64,000 nucleotides of DNA, taken from assembly GCF_964355755.1 (NCBI RefSeq), contig NC_092671.1:18228001-18292000 (forward strand), in the 5' to 3' direction. Source of the stretch: Antedon mediterranea. Lineage: Eukaryota > Animalia > Echinodermata. Both the position numbers and the translations under genes were made by a program. Below, one piece after another: positions 43,711-57,800 of the stretch. The notes under the pieces were generated by a model. That model made no database searches, had not been told where the DNA came from, and saw only the letters and a program-made list of their open reading frames with translations. How positions within the stretch are numbered: the stretch's first letter is position 1; the number at the start of each line of letters is the position of its first letter.

Positions 43711-45681
43711 AACAAGGCCCTATAGATGGCTGCAGTCGCGTGCTCAAGTACGCTTCCTCTCGAAGGCCGTTGATACAATTGATCACGATATTTTATTATA
43801 TAAGTTACATACTTATGGAATCCGTGGCCCTGTATATAATTTATTCAAAAGCTACCTTTCAAACCGCAAGCAATGCACTAAATTTAAACACACCCTTTCT
43901 GATTTTCTTCCTATTATTTGTGGAGTCCCTCAAGGTTCCCTGCTTGGGCCTCTATTATTTTTATTATACATAAATGATATCCATAATGCCTCAAATATGT
44001 TTTCTTTTCTGTTGTATGCTGATGACACAACCCTTATTTACACTGATAAAAATATAGATTCCCTTTTTAAAATATCAACCAAAAATCTACCCAAAATTTT
44101 AACATACTTTTCTGCAAACAAACTTTCTGTTAATCTAAAGAAGTGCTGTTGTATGGTGTTCAAAAATTCACAAATACCACTAAATACTAGTACTTTTAAA
44201 CTAAAAATTAAAGATCAATTAATACCTATTGTTGAGAAAACTAAATTTCTTGGTGTTTATCTGGACTGTAAGCTAAATTGGAAACATCAGATTACTCAAG
44301 TCGAAAACAAAATATCCAAAAGTTCTGGTATCATATATAGATTATCATCTTTCATCCCTCAAAACATACTCCGGATTCTTTACTGTTCACTAATCCTCCC
44401 TTACCTCACTTACTGTAATATTATTTGGGGTAATACATACCCGTCCTACTTAAACAAACTGTTATTGATCCAAAAGAAAACCGTAAGATACATAGCAAAT
44501 GCTCCTCCTTTATCCCATTCCAATCCTTTATTTTCTTCATTTGGTCTTCTTAAAATTCAGGATATTAACCATCTTCAACAAAGTGTTTTCCTCTATTCAT
44601 GGCTAAACTCGATCCTGCCATCACACTTTGATGATTTATTTAGTTTCAATCTTAATTTTCATAACCACGGTACTCGGAGCGCAAATCAAATACGTATTCC
44701 TTTTTTTAAAACTACTTCTTTTAAACATAGCATTAAGTTCATTGGTCCTAAACTTTGGGATAACGTACCAGTTAATATAAAAAGTGCTTTGTCTAAGAAG
44801 AGTTTTTCTTTTAAATTGAAACGGCACCTCTTATCTAGTTATGTTTAATTATCCTTTCACTCATTGTAGTTTTGATATTTAGTCTTTTCGGTACCCTGAA
44901 TCTAAAAGTCTTCATTACTGTTTTTGTCCTGTTTCCGGTTCCCGTGTTGTCCTGTTTTTTTTTTGTTCATTTTCTATGGGCTGCCTTATACAAGCTTTGC
45001 TTTTTAGGAATGTTGCCCCTCTTATTTTAATAATTTTTACTGTTAATTTTTATTTTCTATGAAAGAAAAGAGAAATAAATGTTTCTTTGATTGATTGATT
45101 GATTGAAGTTAGTGTTTATCAACCGACCGACCAACCGACCGACCAACCTACCAACCGACCGAAATTGCTGAGCATGTTTAAATAACGTAATTTCGAGTAA
45201 GTCAAAAAAACAGAAATCGGGCAAAAAGAGTGCGTATTAACGTTTAACGCAAAAATCTGCGCACTCATGGCAATTTTGTAAACGCTTAAAATTGCCTGAA
45301 ACTTAGGCCTATTCTTATTTCATCGAAAATAAATTTTGAAAATTTTAAGCGCGCGTACGCATACGTTACATGCGCTACGCACGTAATTGTATAGCCATAT
45401 GATGATTTATGCCCTGAAATTTATGAGTACCAAATTTTATTTAATTGTGATTCATGGTTGTGAAGATATGATTACAAACGTCATTTCGTTAAATCGTGCG
45501 TAGACCGCGTAATTTGTTTATTGCGCACCGTGAAAACATAACCACATCGATTCCTGGCCATAAGGAATATACTGTCAAAAATTGATAAGGTCATAATATA
45601 CAAGTTAGTGTTTACCGAGCGACCAACCAACCAACCGACCGACATAGTGAGCTGTAGAGTCGCGTTCCACGCGACTAAAAA
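43711..45681 (-). mobile_element. HINE family 1 copy split by a LINE insertion (halves 43711-43749 and 45106-45681)
   Basis: Joining the halves restores gtcgcgtgctcAAGTtagtgttt, as in the intact copy at ~29911-29933. Confidence 0.85.
43750..45105 (+). mobile_element. 5'-truncated CR1/L2-group LINE (RT C-terminal half, ORF ends 44848) with AATAAA and (GATT)n tail
   Basis: LSKAVDTIDH, GVPQGSLLGPLLFLLYIND, YADD, KFLGVYLD..LNW; AAGT duplicated at 43746-43749 and 45106-45109. Confidence 0.95.
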
Positions 45682-48186
45682 CAATAAGTAGCCCAGACAT
45701 TGTCACCAAAACAATCAAATCAATCTTGCCAAATTGATTGTGTACGTTTCTATTTATTTCAATATCGTGTAGTTTATTTGAATTTTTCAAAATAGCCTAA
45801 TATTATATTATTGAATTAAAATCGTTTTATTAATAATTATAATTATTACTTAATTAATTAAAGACCATTAATTAATGTTATATATTAACAATAATATAAT
45901 TATAAATTTTAAAATCAAAAGAACAACTCGAATTATATATTACTATAATAATTCGAAATAGAATGCATTAATAACCATAATTGATAAATCCATAATAGTA
46001 ACTAGAGATATGCCTACTATTTTAAAAAGAACATTTAATCCAGCTCAAAGGCATTTTGAAACATTTGACCCTATAAGCTTTAACCACTCCATGAATTGTA
46101 TTATTTACCAGGTTTGATTGAAATCAGTACAAAAGAGGAAAAATCCGAGTTGTTGCTTGCAATTAGTAGGGAGAGTTGTCTGTAAGAAAGAAATATAAAA
46201 AATAGTGCCGGCCAAAAAAAATGTAACAATTTTGCGCATGACTATATATCAGAGAAATCAAATAAAGTATTTTTTTTATTTCAAACGCATATTTTCATGG
46301 CAATGAGACAATTTGTGTTTTTGACAAATTTTGTTCTTTTTTTATGTTTTTTAAAATGGATGGTAGTTTGATAAACGATATTTTTTATTATAAAATATAA
46401 TAATATAATTTGTATTTATGTATGTATTTTATTTTGTTTTTATTTCATACTTTGGGAGAAAGAAAATGAACAATAACATCTTCCTCAAAAACAATCTAAA
46501 ATATTAATTTGACACAACGCCGATGCAGGTTGGATTGTGGAAGTACATTGACTATGGTTTTAATTAAACCATAACTGTCATGAATTCTGCTTGCGTTTTT
46601 CACTAGGTAACTTCTGTAGCTTGCGTAACCCGTTATTAAAGCAAACTCTAAATAAGTTCGCAGTACCTTCACTAAATAAAGCCCATAGAGTCACACGGTA
46701 AATATTACCGCAATACGTTTAAAAATAACATTTACTTCAACGGAACATTTGGAAAATGTCCTGCATAATATACTACTGTAGCTCTGATCCCGACACTGTT
46801 TCGTAATATCATCAATCAGAAAAGAATTACAAATAACGTGACCAAAGTATTATTATGCAATCAACAAATTCCATGTAATTATGGTTAATTTAACATCCTG
46901 TAACTTATGTACACGAGGACATAATAACATACACTTATTATATCTTAAGTTAAGGCAGACATGTTTTTGTTTATTTATTTTACAGTATTTTGATAAATAT
47001 GACAGAATGTTATGTAAAGAAAATAAAAGGTGCATACAAGAAGAAGAATCAATATTTGAGCTTTAGTGGCATTGGTAATTCTAAAGCAAGAATAAGAAAA
47101 GAAATGCATTAAAAGCAAATATAATGTAGTGCACTGTAAACATAAAACTTATGCATGAAATCATAATGAAAGAAAATCAGAATCCTGTTTTAAATATATG
47201 TATATAAATCGTCATCCTTTTTGCATATGCTGTATTTAAATAATAGGGGCTGTTTTTGTTAAAATTGGTAATTTTTAATTAAGTCAGTCCGTCAATGTTT
47301 GGTGTTGGACGTATACTTTTTAATTGTTGGTTGTCTGTGAAAGTGTCATCTTTTTGTGACAGCTTTCAACGTTAAGCCTGTGCATTTACTCTCAGTTTCG
47401 ACTGGAGAAAAGCGTATTGATTGGAAATGCTACAGTTTCCTGTCCATTGTTTTTATAATGTCTTGATTTGTTGTAATGTTTAGTGGTTGATCTTTAGGAT
47501 GAACAACTGCAATGTATGTTGTCCGATTGTGATGGAAACCAACATTTCAGTAGCAAATAAAATATTCATTAACGCATACATTTAATTGATGCTCGCGTTG
47601 TTACTTTTGATACCAATCCTTGTGTTTCATCCATGGTCCACCATCTTCCCTATTTTATCATTAAAGTCTAGAAATGTATATCACAACGAGTAAACTAATC
47701 TTAACCATTTATAATATACAAAAAGTGAACAATAAGATATATTATTGATATTAAGTTTTTTTGTTCTAAAAATATCAAGCAATTTTCGTGTATTGCAGTC
47801 AAGAATTATAGTATTGAATGTTTAATATTTTATTTCAGTAATATCAGCTGCTTATCTCTGTCTAAAGTTGTCTGTTTTTTACAGACAACTCTGTAGAAGA
47901 TAGTGGTATTTTTTTTGTAAACATGTTTTACAATCAAAATTAATTCTTCTATAACTACTGTTTCCCCAAATGTTGTCATTTAATTATTGTATTTCTTAGC
48001 TGAAATTGTATAATTGTTTGACCTGTTTCTTCGTTTCTTTTTGTAGAAGGTAATGATGATAAGAATACCAATCGTCGTTCTTTTTTTCAGTTATACAACT
48101 ATGATTGAAGCGGATGAAGGTAAAATATAATACATTTGTTTTGATGAATTGGTCTGCCTCGACTGCACTAACATTTCTCAAAAGCT

Positions 48187-51100
48187 ATGAAGATTCATTT
48201 TATTGTCATGTGTTTTTTGTACACAATTTGTTTTGAGTTGAGGGGAATTATTCAAATTGTTTGTGGTCAGCATAGTATATTCCGGAACGAGGATAGTTGG
48301 CTAAAGTCTCAAAAAAACATCGGACTGGAAAATTTATTAAATTTAAACCGTTTTACAATACTGACTTATTTTCTGGTTGCTCAACGTCATACCTAAAAAT
48401 AGATAATGTCATTAATCATTTTGTTACCTTGTTGTATGTAGGAATAAAATCACATAACACTCGTTCAACGATTTGCCATCTAAAGATAGACATTGTTCGG
48501 AATGTTCAAGTTGTATTTGTTTGAGAGTGGACAACATTATTACCGGTTATCAGGATAGGCTGTGCAATTTTAACATTTTACAGATGGTGAGGGCTTTATT
48601 AATTTAAAAAAAAATCTTGTTTAAATTATAGGTTGTGGCGCTGATTATCAAACATACAGGTTTATATATCTCCATGAGAATCTAACCCGTTTTAGTATTA
48701 ACGGTACGGTAAATGCAGCCAATTCCGATCAGGTACACTACATGTTTACGTCAGAGTTTAAGGCTGAAGGAAGTGATTTTACATATACAATCAAAGTAAC
48801 AAGGAATGGAATGTCGGATAATTACAACTTCATAAGTATGTTTGCCACCAATACAAGTGTACATTTTGAAGAAAGCGTGATCGTTCAATCAGGCACCATT
48901 ATAATAAAGTACGAGAATGGCCTATTTTATAGCCCTACACCGTCAAGTTTGATAACTGTGTCACAACATGCAACATTTCTTCCAAGATATTTTTGGTACA
49001 AAGATAATGTAGAGGCGTCAGATTGCAGATTAGGTATAAACATTTATTTAACTATACCTACATTATTTATTTTTTTGACTTTTAAACCCTTTTTAACTGG
49101 TGGTCCGCAACTTATTTTGACCTCCATCTGCACATTTTTGTTTATTGTAATTTGTAATTTGTATCTTTTATTTTAAAATGTGTGGAGAAACTAATAAAAC
49201 AAACAAACTAGCAATACACTTGTCAATAGATACAAACTAAAAACTGAGAGTCGATCTTTTTTTGACAATCTAGTACTCAATAGATGTTTATCCTCTATTA
49301 CTAAATATAACGTAACAAATACATTATTGTATTTTGATCAAGCGTATATAATACATATTTATTTTTAATTTACTAATTATAAAGTTGTTTATAGGAATAC
49401 TGTTAGTAGTGTGAAACATATAAGAAAAGCTTGTAAGTGTAAAGCAAGAAAGACATCCAGAGAACCAGTAATTAATACAGAAACTAGTTATACAAACTAT
49501 TGATATAAAGTAGCAATATTACAGAAAAAACTAAAAAGAAGAGTTTGATTGTGGTTGAAAATTATACAGTATCAGTTATATAATATTAATAATAATGTAA
49601 TATTATAATTTACTAATAGTACTTTATTGCTAAATTTGTGTTACTAAAAACATCTGAGTTTTTAATATTTAAGATTGCCAGATTTAGGCCTAAATAAATT
49701 CTAGATTTTAGAATTGAAATTGTTACAGTGCCACAGTTTTTTTACAATCGATGTTTAATATCTTGTAGATTTGGGATCAGCTTGTTTATTAAGCAGTCCA
49801 ATACTTGATGAGACGACGTGTCAATTCATAAAAGGTGAATGTACTTTTGGCATAGACTATAGTGGTTGTGAAAGATGCCCATCGCTTTCACATTGCACTA
49901 CATATTCTCAGACTTCCGATGCCCCATCTTATAATTCTCCAACTACAACTGCGGCTCCTACAACACCAGTGTCTACAACTAATGAAGTAACTACGGATTC
50001 TCAAACTACTGATGCACCAACTACTAATTCTTCAACTACAACTACAGCTCATATAACACCGGTATTTACAACTAATGAAGTCACTACAGATTCTCAGACC
50101 TCTGATGCCCCATCTTATAATTCTCCAACTACAACTGCTTCTCTTACAACACCAGTGCCTACAACTAATGAAGTCAATAAAGATTCTCAAACTAGTGATA
50201 CCCCAACTACTAATTCTTCAACTACAACTACAGCTCATACAACACCGGTACTTACAACTAATGAAGTCACTACAGATTCTCAAAATACTGATACCCCAAC
50301 TAGGCCTACTAATTCTTCAACTACAACTACAGCTCATACAACACCGGTACTTACAACTAATGAAGTCACTACAGATTCTCAGACTTCTGATGCCCCATCT
50401 TATAATTCTCCAACTACAACTGCGGCTCCTACAACACCAGTGTCTACAACTAATGAAGTCACTACAGATTCTCAAACTACTGATGCCCCAACTACTAATT
50501 CTTCAACAACAACTACAGCTCATATAACACCGGTACTTACAACTAATGAAGTCACTACAGATTCTCAGACCTCTGATGCCCCATCTTATAATTCTCCAAC
50601 TACAACTGCTTCTCTTACAACACCAGTGCCTACAACTAATGAAGTCAATACAGATTCTCAAACTACTGATACCCCAACTACTAATTCTTCAACTACAACT
50701 ACAGCTCATACAACACCGGTACTTACAACTAATGAAGTCACTACAGATTCTCAAAATACTGATACCCCAACTACTAATTCTTCAACTACAACTACAGCTC
50801 ATACAACACCGGTACTTACAACTAATGAAGTCACTACAGATTCTCAGACTTCTGATGCCCCATCTTATAATTCTCCAACTACAACTGCGGCTCTTACAAC
50901 ACCAGTGTCTACAACTAATGAAGTCACTACAGATTCTCAAACTACTGATGCCCCAACTACTAATTCTTCAACAACTACAGCTCATATAACACCGGTACTT
51001 ACAACTAATGAAGTCACTACAGATTCTCAGACCTCTGATGTCCCATCTTATAATTCTCCAACTACAACTGCTTCTCTTACAACACCAGTGCCTACAACTA

Positions 51101-52525
51101 ATGAAGTTAATAAAGATTCTCAAACTACTGATACCGCAACTACTAATTCTTCAACTACAACTACAGCTCATACAACACCGGTACTTACAACTAACGAAGT
51201 CACTATAGATTCTCAAACTACTGATACCCCAACTACTAATTCTTCAACTACAACTACAGCTCATACAATACCGGTACTTACAACTAATAAAGTCACTACA
51301 GATGTTCAAACTACTGATGCTCTAACTACACATCCTCCAACTACAACTACGGCTCCTGCAACACCAGTACTTACACCTAATAAAGTCATTATAGATACTC
51401 CAACTAAGTCTCCAACTACAAATGCTGCTCCTACACCGGTATCTAATAAAGCCACCACGGCTATAACTGGAACTTTTGAGGAACCTACTACTAAACCGAA
51501 TGAAGCAGGTATGTCTAATGGATGCTAAACAAATAACTTCAAATACAAGAAATCACAAGAGCAAAACTTTAAACTTTTAACGGTTATTTCTATTATTTAC
51601 AAACTCTCTAAACATAACAAATCACAGAATAGCATTTTCTTTCATTTACTTTAAGTATTAATTTACCGCAACATCTTAAAATGACGAATTTCATACAGTT
51701 AATTTTTACTTCAATATCACTAACTGAAGAGTCAGTAAAATAGTACAGTTACTTTCCGTTTAGAACCGTCCATCGTACTATAAGTTACCGATGTAACATA
51801 TTCATAAACAAAATGTTTAGAACATCAAATACGCTTTCATATACAAACAATGTTTGTAATTTAGTTCTGGTTGTTTTACTTTATAGTTTTTGCTTATTTT
51901 GCAACTGTGACCACCCTCCCACAATGAATGCGTGTCCAATATTGATGATCTCTTGGAGTCTCAAAACTAATAATCTATAAAATAAAATTTTGTAAAATAA
52001 TAATAAACATAAAAATCTTACTTTTGATTACTTCTGATTAGCATATTGATATTTGAATTTTTTTAATATAAAAAGAATGGAATTTTTCTGTATTTTGATA
52101 AATTTAGTTTTGTTTTAAATGTTAGATAAGTTGAATGAAACTATAGACAAATACTAATGCTGCTATAAATCGTCATTTATATAAAGAAATACGAAAAATA
52201 ATTTTCGACTGCAATGATATAACGCATATATTATGTAATTCAATTTAAGTCAAATTTTGTTTCAGACAAACTGACCATGTGATACATACACACACAAAAT
52301 GCCTTGGTTTCTGTAACAATCATCATCTAACTTATTTATTTTGTAGATCTTGTTTGGAATAGCAACTTCATTCTATTAATGATTACAACTTCGATTGCAG
52401 TTATTACTCTTTTAATTGGCTGTATTTGCGTCGTTGAAAGTATGATAGAAATGCCTAGAAAATTTCGTCGAGTTTCACCTGCACCAGAAATTGAGGCACA
52501 AACGAAATGCGACACAACAATGTGA
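48187..52525 (+). CDS. Paralogue B: mucin-stalked type-I membrane protein (~800 aa). Exons 48632-49033, 49769-51508, 52347-52525; tentative signal-peptide exon 48187-48265
   Basis: Phase-1 GT-AG exons homologous to paralogue A (YMFTSEF, YENG, LPRYFWY, ETTC, TM, PRKFRRV..PAPEIEAQ..C.TTM*). The first exon (MKIHFIVMCFLYTICF..., donor G|gtcagc) is uncertain. Confidence 0.8.
49906..51303 (+). repeat. Coding VNTR: 15 x 93 bp (31 aa) arranged as three copies of a 5-unit higher-order repeat
   Basis: Translation shows unit variants recurring in the order ABCDE x3; the only indels are +6 and -3 nt. Confidence 0.95.
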
Positions 52526-53689
52526 CTGAATACTTCATAGAAGAAAAGTCTGAGGATTATAATATTTGATTGATTGATTGATTGATTAATTCATTGATTT
52601 GCGTTGCGTTACATACAATTATTTAAGCTTTTTCGTGACATATATCGGCCCATTACAATAGGCCTATAATTAATTAACATTAAAGAATTGTTAGTACAAT
52701 TTTTGATAGGAAAATTGTTTAGTCTATGCGATAATCATGATATAGTTGCCATGTCATTTTCATAACACGATAACTGATAAAACAAATACACGTTTACATT
52801 ATTATTATTTAATTATGTTTGTTATGGTCTATATAAGTCGGCGTAATGATGTTGATTTTGACGTTTACAGTTTACTTTAAACCATTTATTATCTAATTGT
52901 TTGGAATAATGCTGTGTTTCACGGTGGTTTTAATGGCACCGTCTGTCTGTCATCTGCAAACATAATAATTTATGACTGTGTACATATTGTGCAAGACATA
53001 TCATTACCAAACAAGAGATATATTAATAAAGGACCTACTAGTATCGTGCATGCTTGAGTTTATCAGGGAAGAAACAAATTATATGGTTTATAGAGTCAAA
53101 CTGCTTCCGCTTCATAACACACAAGCTAATGGACAGAATTTAAAACGTGGTATGATACGGTATACTACGCGTATACGATACCACACAACGTGGCAGCGTC
53201 TGTCTGATCGTGCCATGGAAGAGTAAAATTCGTTTTGTTTCAAAATCTTTTTCTCTTTGTATTAGGATCCTTCCCTGGTCGTGCTGTTTAGGAGGAGAAC
53301 TGTCAAATTATTAAATCCAAATTCAATGAAACCGCATCTTTAAAATATACAATGAAAGGCGTTTCATTGGTTGATATTCTATTAGAATTCTATGCGTTAT
53401 AAAACATAACATATAATTGTTTAAATATATTTATCTCTATGTGTGTGGTGGCACAGATAAGTATCAGATAATTATCTGACGACCGCCACTTTGAATATCA
53501 CAATTATTATGATTATTTCAAATTATAGGCCCTATACTTCTAACACGGGGTCTAGCCCTATGCATAGCTAGACCTACAAATATTTTTTTGTGTTTTCACT
53601 AAATATGTATAATATAATATTTCACTTTAAGGGTCTCTGCTTAAAAGCTTTACTTAAACATAGAGTTCCTCTTTCTATATCCTGTGATG

Positions 53690-53900
53690 ACGTTCTGTAC
53701 TTATTTTTATGCTTAAGTTTTATGTAATAAATTCGTTTGATGTTGATATTGTGTGCTCACATGGTGTTGTGATTAGTATGAGGACTCTGGAAAGATGACT
53801 GTCTAGAAGAAAAATTATTGTGATGTTATGTTAAAGAAATTAGACAGGAGAATGTTTAGATCAATTATTGAAACATAAAGAGCTCAACATTTAAGAAAGT
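53690..53900 (+). pseudogene. Decayed transposase N-terminal fragment (IS3EU/integrase-type HTH)
   Basis: Translates as SHGVVISMRTLER*LSRR, resembling the HG..IS.RTL.R.L motif; contains a stop. Confidence 0.35.
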
Positions 53901-54719
53901 AATGGGGAAACTAATTTGCATGATATGTGACCAACCCATATTTCACTTTGATGGAACAACTTTTACCTTGTGGTGGACGTAGTTCGTATCTTGGTAAGTA
54001 TTACATCACATCCGTATTACCCCTATTCGTTTTGAAACATTTACAATCAACAGCATCAGGAAGAGAATGTACATGTAGAAACAATAAAGGTCCTAACATT
54101 GAACGATGTGGAATTTCAATGTAAATTTCATCTACTTTTGATCTATACATCACCACATATTCCAATTTCCTTTAGCATTAAGTAACTTTTGATTAACAAT
54201 ATCAACATATATTTTATTTATTTTATGTATATACTTGATCATGCACAGAACGTTCACATTAATCTTATACTCAATGGGAAATATCACAAATTGATCGGTA
54301 ATTATTTATTATTATCAGTTTTGTCACCTTTAAAAAAAATAGAGGTAGCCTTTGCAACTTTTCAATCAGGACGGACAAGATGAGGTGAACACTGAATATA
54401 ATATAAAAGAGATTCACATACACCATACAACAGAATAAACTATTGACAATTTATACTATCAAGGCCAGAAATGTTATTGATTTGATTTAAAAACATATTA
54501 TTGTGTAATGATATCAATATATAAAACACACCTAAGTACAGATAACGTTTAATTTCCCCGAACTAATGATTACTATTAATTGTTTATCTTATTTTGTACA
54601 ATGGAGTTGCTTGTAAATAATCTACCCCTTTTCTCTTATTCCATATAAGGTCATAATGTTTAGCCAGTTTATTGTACACACCTTTTTATCTTTTATTGTT
54701 CAATCATTTCCCCTTGTTA

Positions 54720-54800
54720 ATTGCTTATCTTGCCTTATCTGGAGCAGCACTGTTCAATTTGATGAACAATGGTTATTGTTGGAAAAAGTATAAAAGAAAT
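54720..54800 (+). promoter_or_regulatory. Candidate promoter of the lectin gene: paired GATA sites (CTTATCT x2) and a TATAAAA box
   Basis: CTTATCT at 54724 and 54734; TATAAAA at 54789-54795, ~60 nt before ATG 54850. A competing acceptor (ttacag) at ~54832 could instead indicate an upstream exon. Confidence 0.4.
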
Positions 54801-54849
54801 ATTGTCTTACTTTAACTTGATATTCCTTACAGCCTCTTTGGCTGCAAAC

Positions 54850-57800
54850 ATGAAGATCGTTCCGGCTTTTTGTTTATTGGCTCTTTTCTTAACAACAAGC
54901 AGTGAGTATTTGTATTTAATTGTTTTCTTTAATGATTGTCAAATGCACTGCAGAATTTTTTTTTCCTCGTTTTCAAGCATAGTTTTGAAATCAAAACAGT
55001 AACATTGTTACTACGGTTTGAAACAGGACATTTAATAATAGCTCAAACTTACGATGAATTATGATTAGATAAAAATAGTATTCGCATTTTGTATAGGGTG
55101 GCAACCGATTCTGCTACTGTCCCTAGGTGATATCTGTGTAACTATAGAAAGTTATCCACGTTGCTGTCTGCATAAATGCTGTACTTTTAACACCGTACAC
55201 TGTCATGTAGCACAGTGTTTGTTGACAATTTACAATGAGTTTATTACCTTAATTATTTTCTATTATAAAAAATTACTTCCTAAATATACTAAACCTAACC
55301 CTCTAAATAATCTCCCTCAACTATTAAAAAATTTAAGAATTAAAAAAAAAACATGTTCTTTATAAACCTTGAACCGAGGGCTCCACCTATTGACAGTAGC
55401 AGAATCGGGTGAGGGTGGATACGATTAGTGAAAAATTAATTATTTCTTGGTTTTTCTGTGCTTTCTTTCTTTTGTACCTTCGTTTATTTGTTTACTATCT
55501 ATGATTATAATTTCAAATACAGTCATATTATACAAAAAATAAATGTTTATGAATGTAATGGTACAAATAATGGCATGAGGTGAATGATGAAAGGTTATAT
55601 AGTTTTTATTATAACCTTTCATCATTCACCGAATGCCATTATTTGTACCATTACACGTCATTAAACATTATTATATAACACCTAAATAAATTCCTGTCAT
55701 TTGATTGGACGAATGTGGGTCACATTGCGTGCAAACGATCGTTTAATAGTACTTTTTCAAACATTTTTGTGTACGAAAAACTAAATTTTTCGTGGATGAA
55801 AAAAAAGTCTAGTATATATTTTTACTGTGAAATACAACAGCGCCACCTGTCGTCTGGCCTCAGTTTCGTTTGTAAACACAACCGCGAGATATGCAGCAGC
55901 AGATTTTTGTGTACGATTTGGAGATGCGTAATACGCCGTGGTTAGGATTCCGGCACCGGAACTCAACTGCCCACCGTTAGGGAATCCGACACGCTATTGC
56001 GCATGCCCAGAGAGCTATGGGAAGTGAATTATAGCTTGCACTAATAGTGCCACACCGCCACACCACGGAGTGTTATAGGGATTTACTGTAGCCTAGATAG
56101 TCGTTGCGCGAGCGAGAGAGCGATGGATGAAACTTGGCCTATGCCATACAAGAATTAATAATTAAAATACGACTACGCCCACGCGTTAAAATAATTATAA
56201 TGATATTAATAAGTATCAGTATCTATCTAAGAATCGTAATGCTGTTTTTAGCGTTGTGACCCTGACTACTTCCCGAAAAGTTTTTTTACATCCACGCGGT
56301 GGCTGCCGTCAACAAATCAACTTGTGATTGCATGTTGTTATGTACAGTATAATGCGTTATGAAAAATCATAAAACTAGTCATGTAATTATATAATTCATA
56401 ATGATATGACGTTTATATATGAATGAAGCAACCACTCTTTAATTACAAAATAAATAGGCCCACTGGTCACGTCTAACTGGTAGCCCTAGATTAGTGGATC
56501 CCGTATTAATAGGCATCTAGGCTAGTTCGCCGTGTGGCGCAGCTATGAAATGATCCATCGCTGTTGATAAAAGTATAGAGAGTCGCCGATTACCTTGCTC
56601 TGGGCATGCGCAATAGCGTGTCGGATTCCCTAACGGTGGGCAGTTGAGTTCCGGTGCCGGCACGGCGTATATAATATGTACTAATTTCATTCAAAAAGGC
56701 ATTTAAATTAGCTTTAGATCGTTTTTAGGATTTTTATTAATTAATGGGAACATCTGTACAAGACGTGGAATCTTTGGAAAAAACATAATTAGCCTGGATT
56801 AATTCCAGTTTCGTATTGCTGTTTTTCAACCTAGGCCTAGTAGTAGGCCTAGGCCTAGACCTGTTTTATTTAGCCTTGCTAGGTCTAGGATTGTTTGGTC
56901 GTTTGTTGACCTAATTAACACTAACAGTAGGTGCATTTATATAATCCATATAAATAATAATAGCTAATATAATTATTAAAAACCAAATGTTACTGTTAAT
57001 CAAGGTGTACAAATTTTGGCCTTGGCTATATAGGCCTACCTTGTTGGCCTATTTGATTCAAATGACAGGAATCTATTTAGATGTTATATAAAACAAATAA
57101 TGAATGTTTTATATTCGTGTAATGGTACAAATAATGGCATTTGGTGAATGATGAAAAGTTATATCAACGAGGCAACCATTCATCTCATGCCATTATTTGT
57201 ACCATTACACGAATAAACATTCATTATTTGTATATTATTGGTTTTAGTCTATATATCAAATAGATTCCTGTTATTTGAATAAGATTGAATTAAAGGTAGG
57301 CCTGGGCCTACAGTACGGTATGTCTACATTTTATTCACATTGGAACAGTAACATGTATTTGGTAGTTAATAAAATATTATATTTATTTGGACACCTAATT
57401 AGTGTTTATGTAAACAAACAACCAAACAATTCTAGGCCTAGCGAGGCTAAAGCGCCTAGTTCATTGTCGGATTACTGGAAGGTAAGTTTCAACATCTCAG
57501 CTCTTGAACTCCCACGGCAGAGGTTTTGGCTGTGGAGTTTTTAGAACTGCTGACAAAAACTTCAAAACATATTTCAATGTAAATTTGTTGCTTAACGCCT
57601 ACGGACGCAGCATAAGTTCTTCTCGTTATCTTCTCCTAAAAGCTGATGCGCTTTTTTTTGTGTCGTTTGCTAATGATAACAAAAACGTTTTATAATTTTG
57701 GAAGCATTCTCTATAGACCTAAGGTTCTTTTGGAACGTTCTCATAATCACCCACATTATGTACACGTAATTCAATTAACCATATACATCGCACGGTAGGT

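Noticed and set aside
50075-51208. Leu/Gln-rich alternative-frame ORFs (50075, 50546, 51008; also 33703)
   Set aside because: Shadow frames of the mucin repeat.
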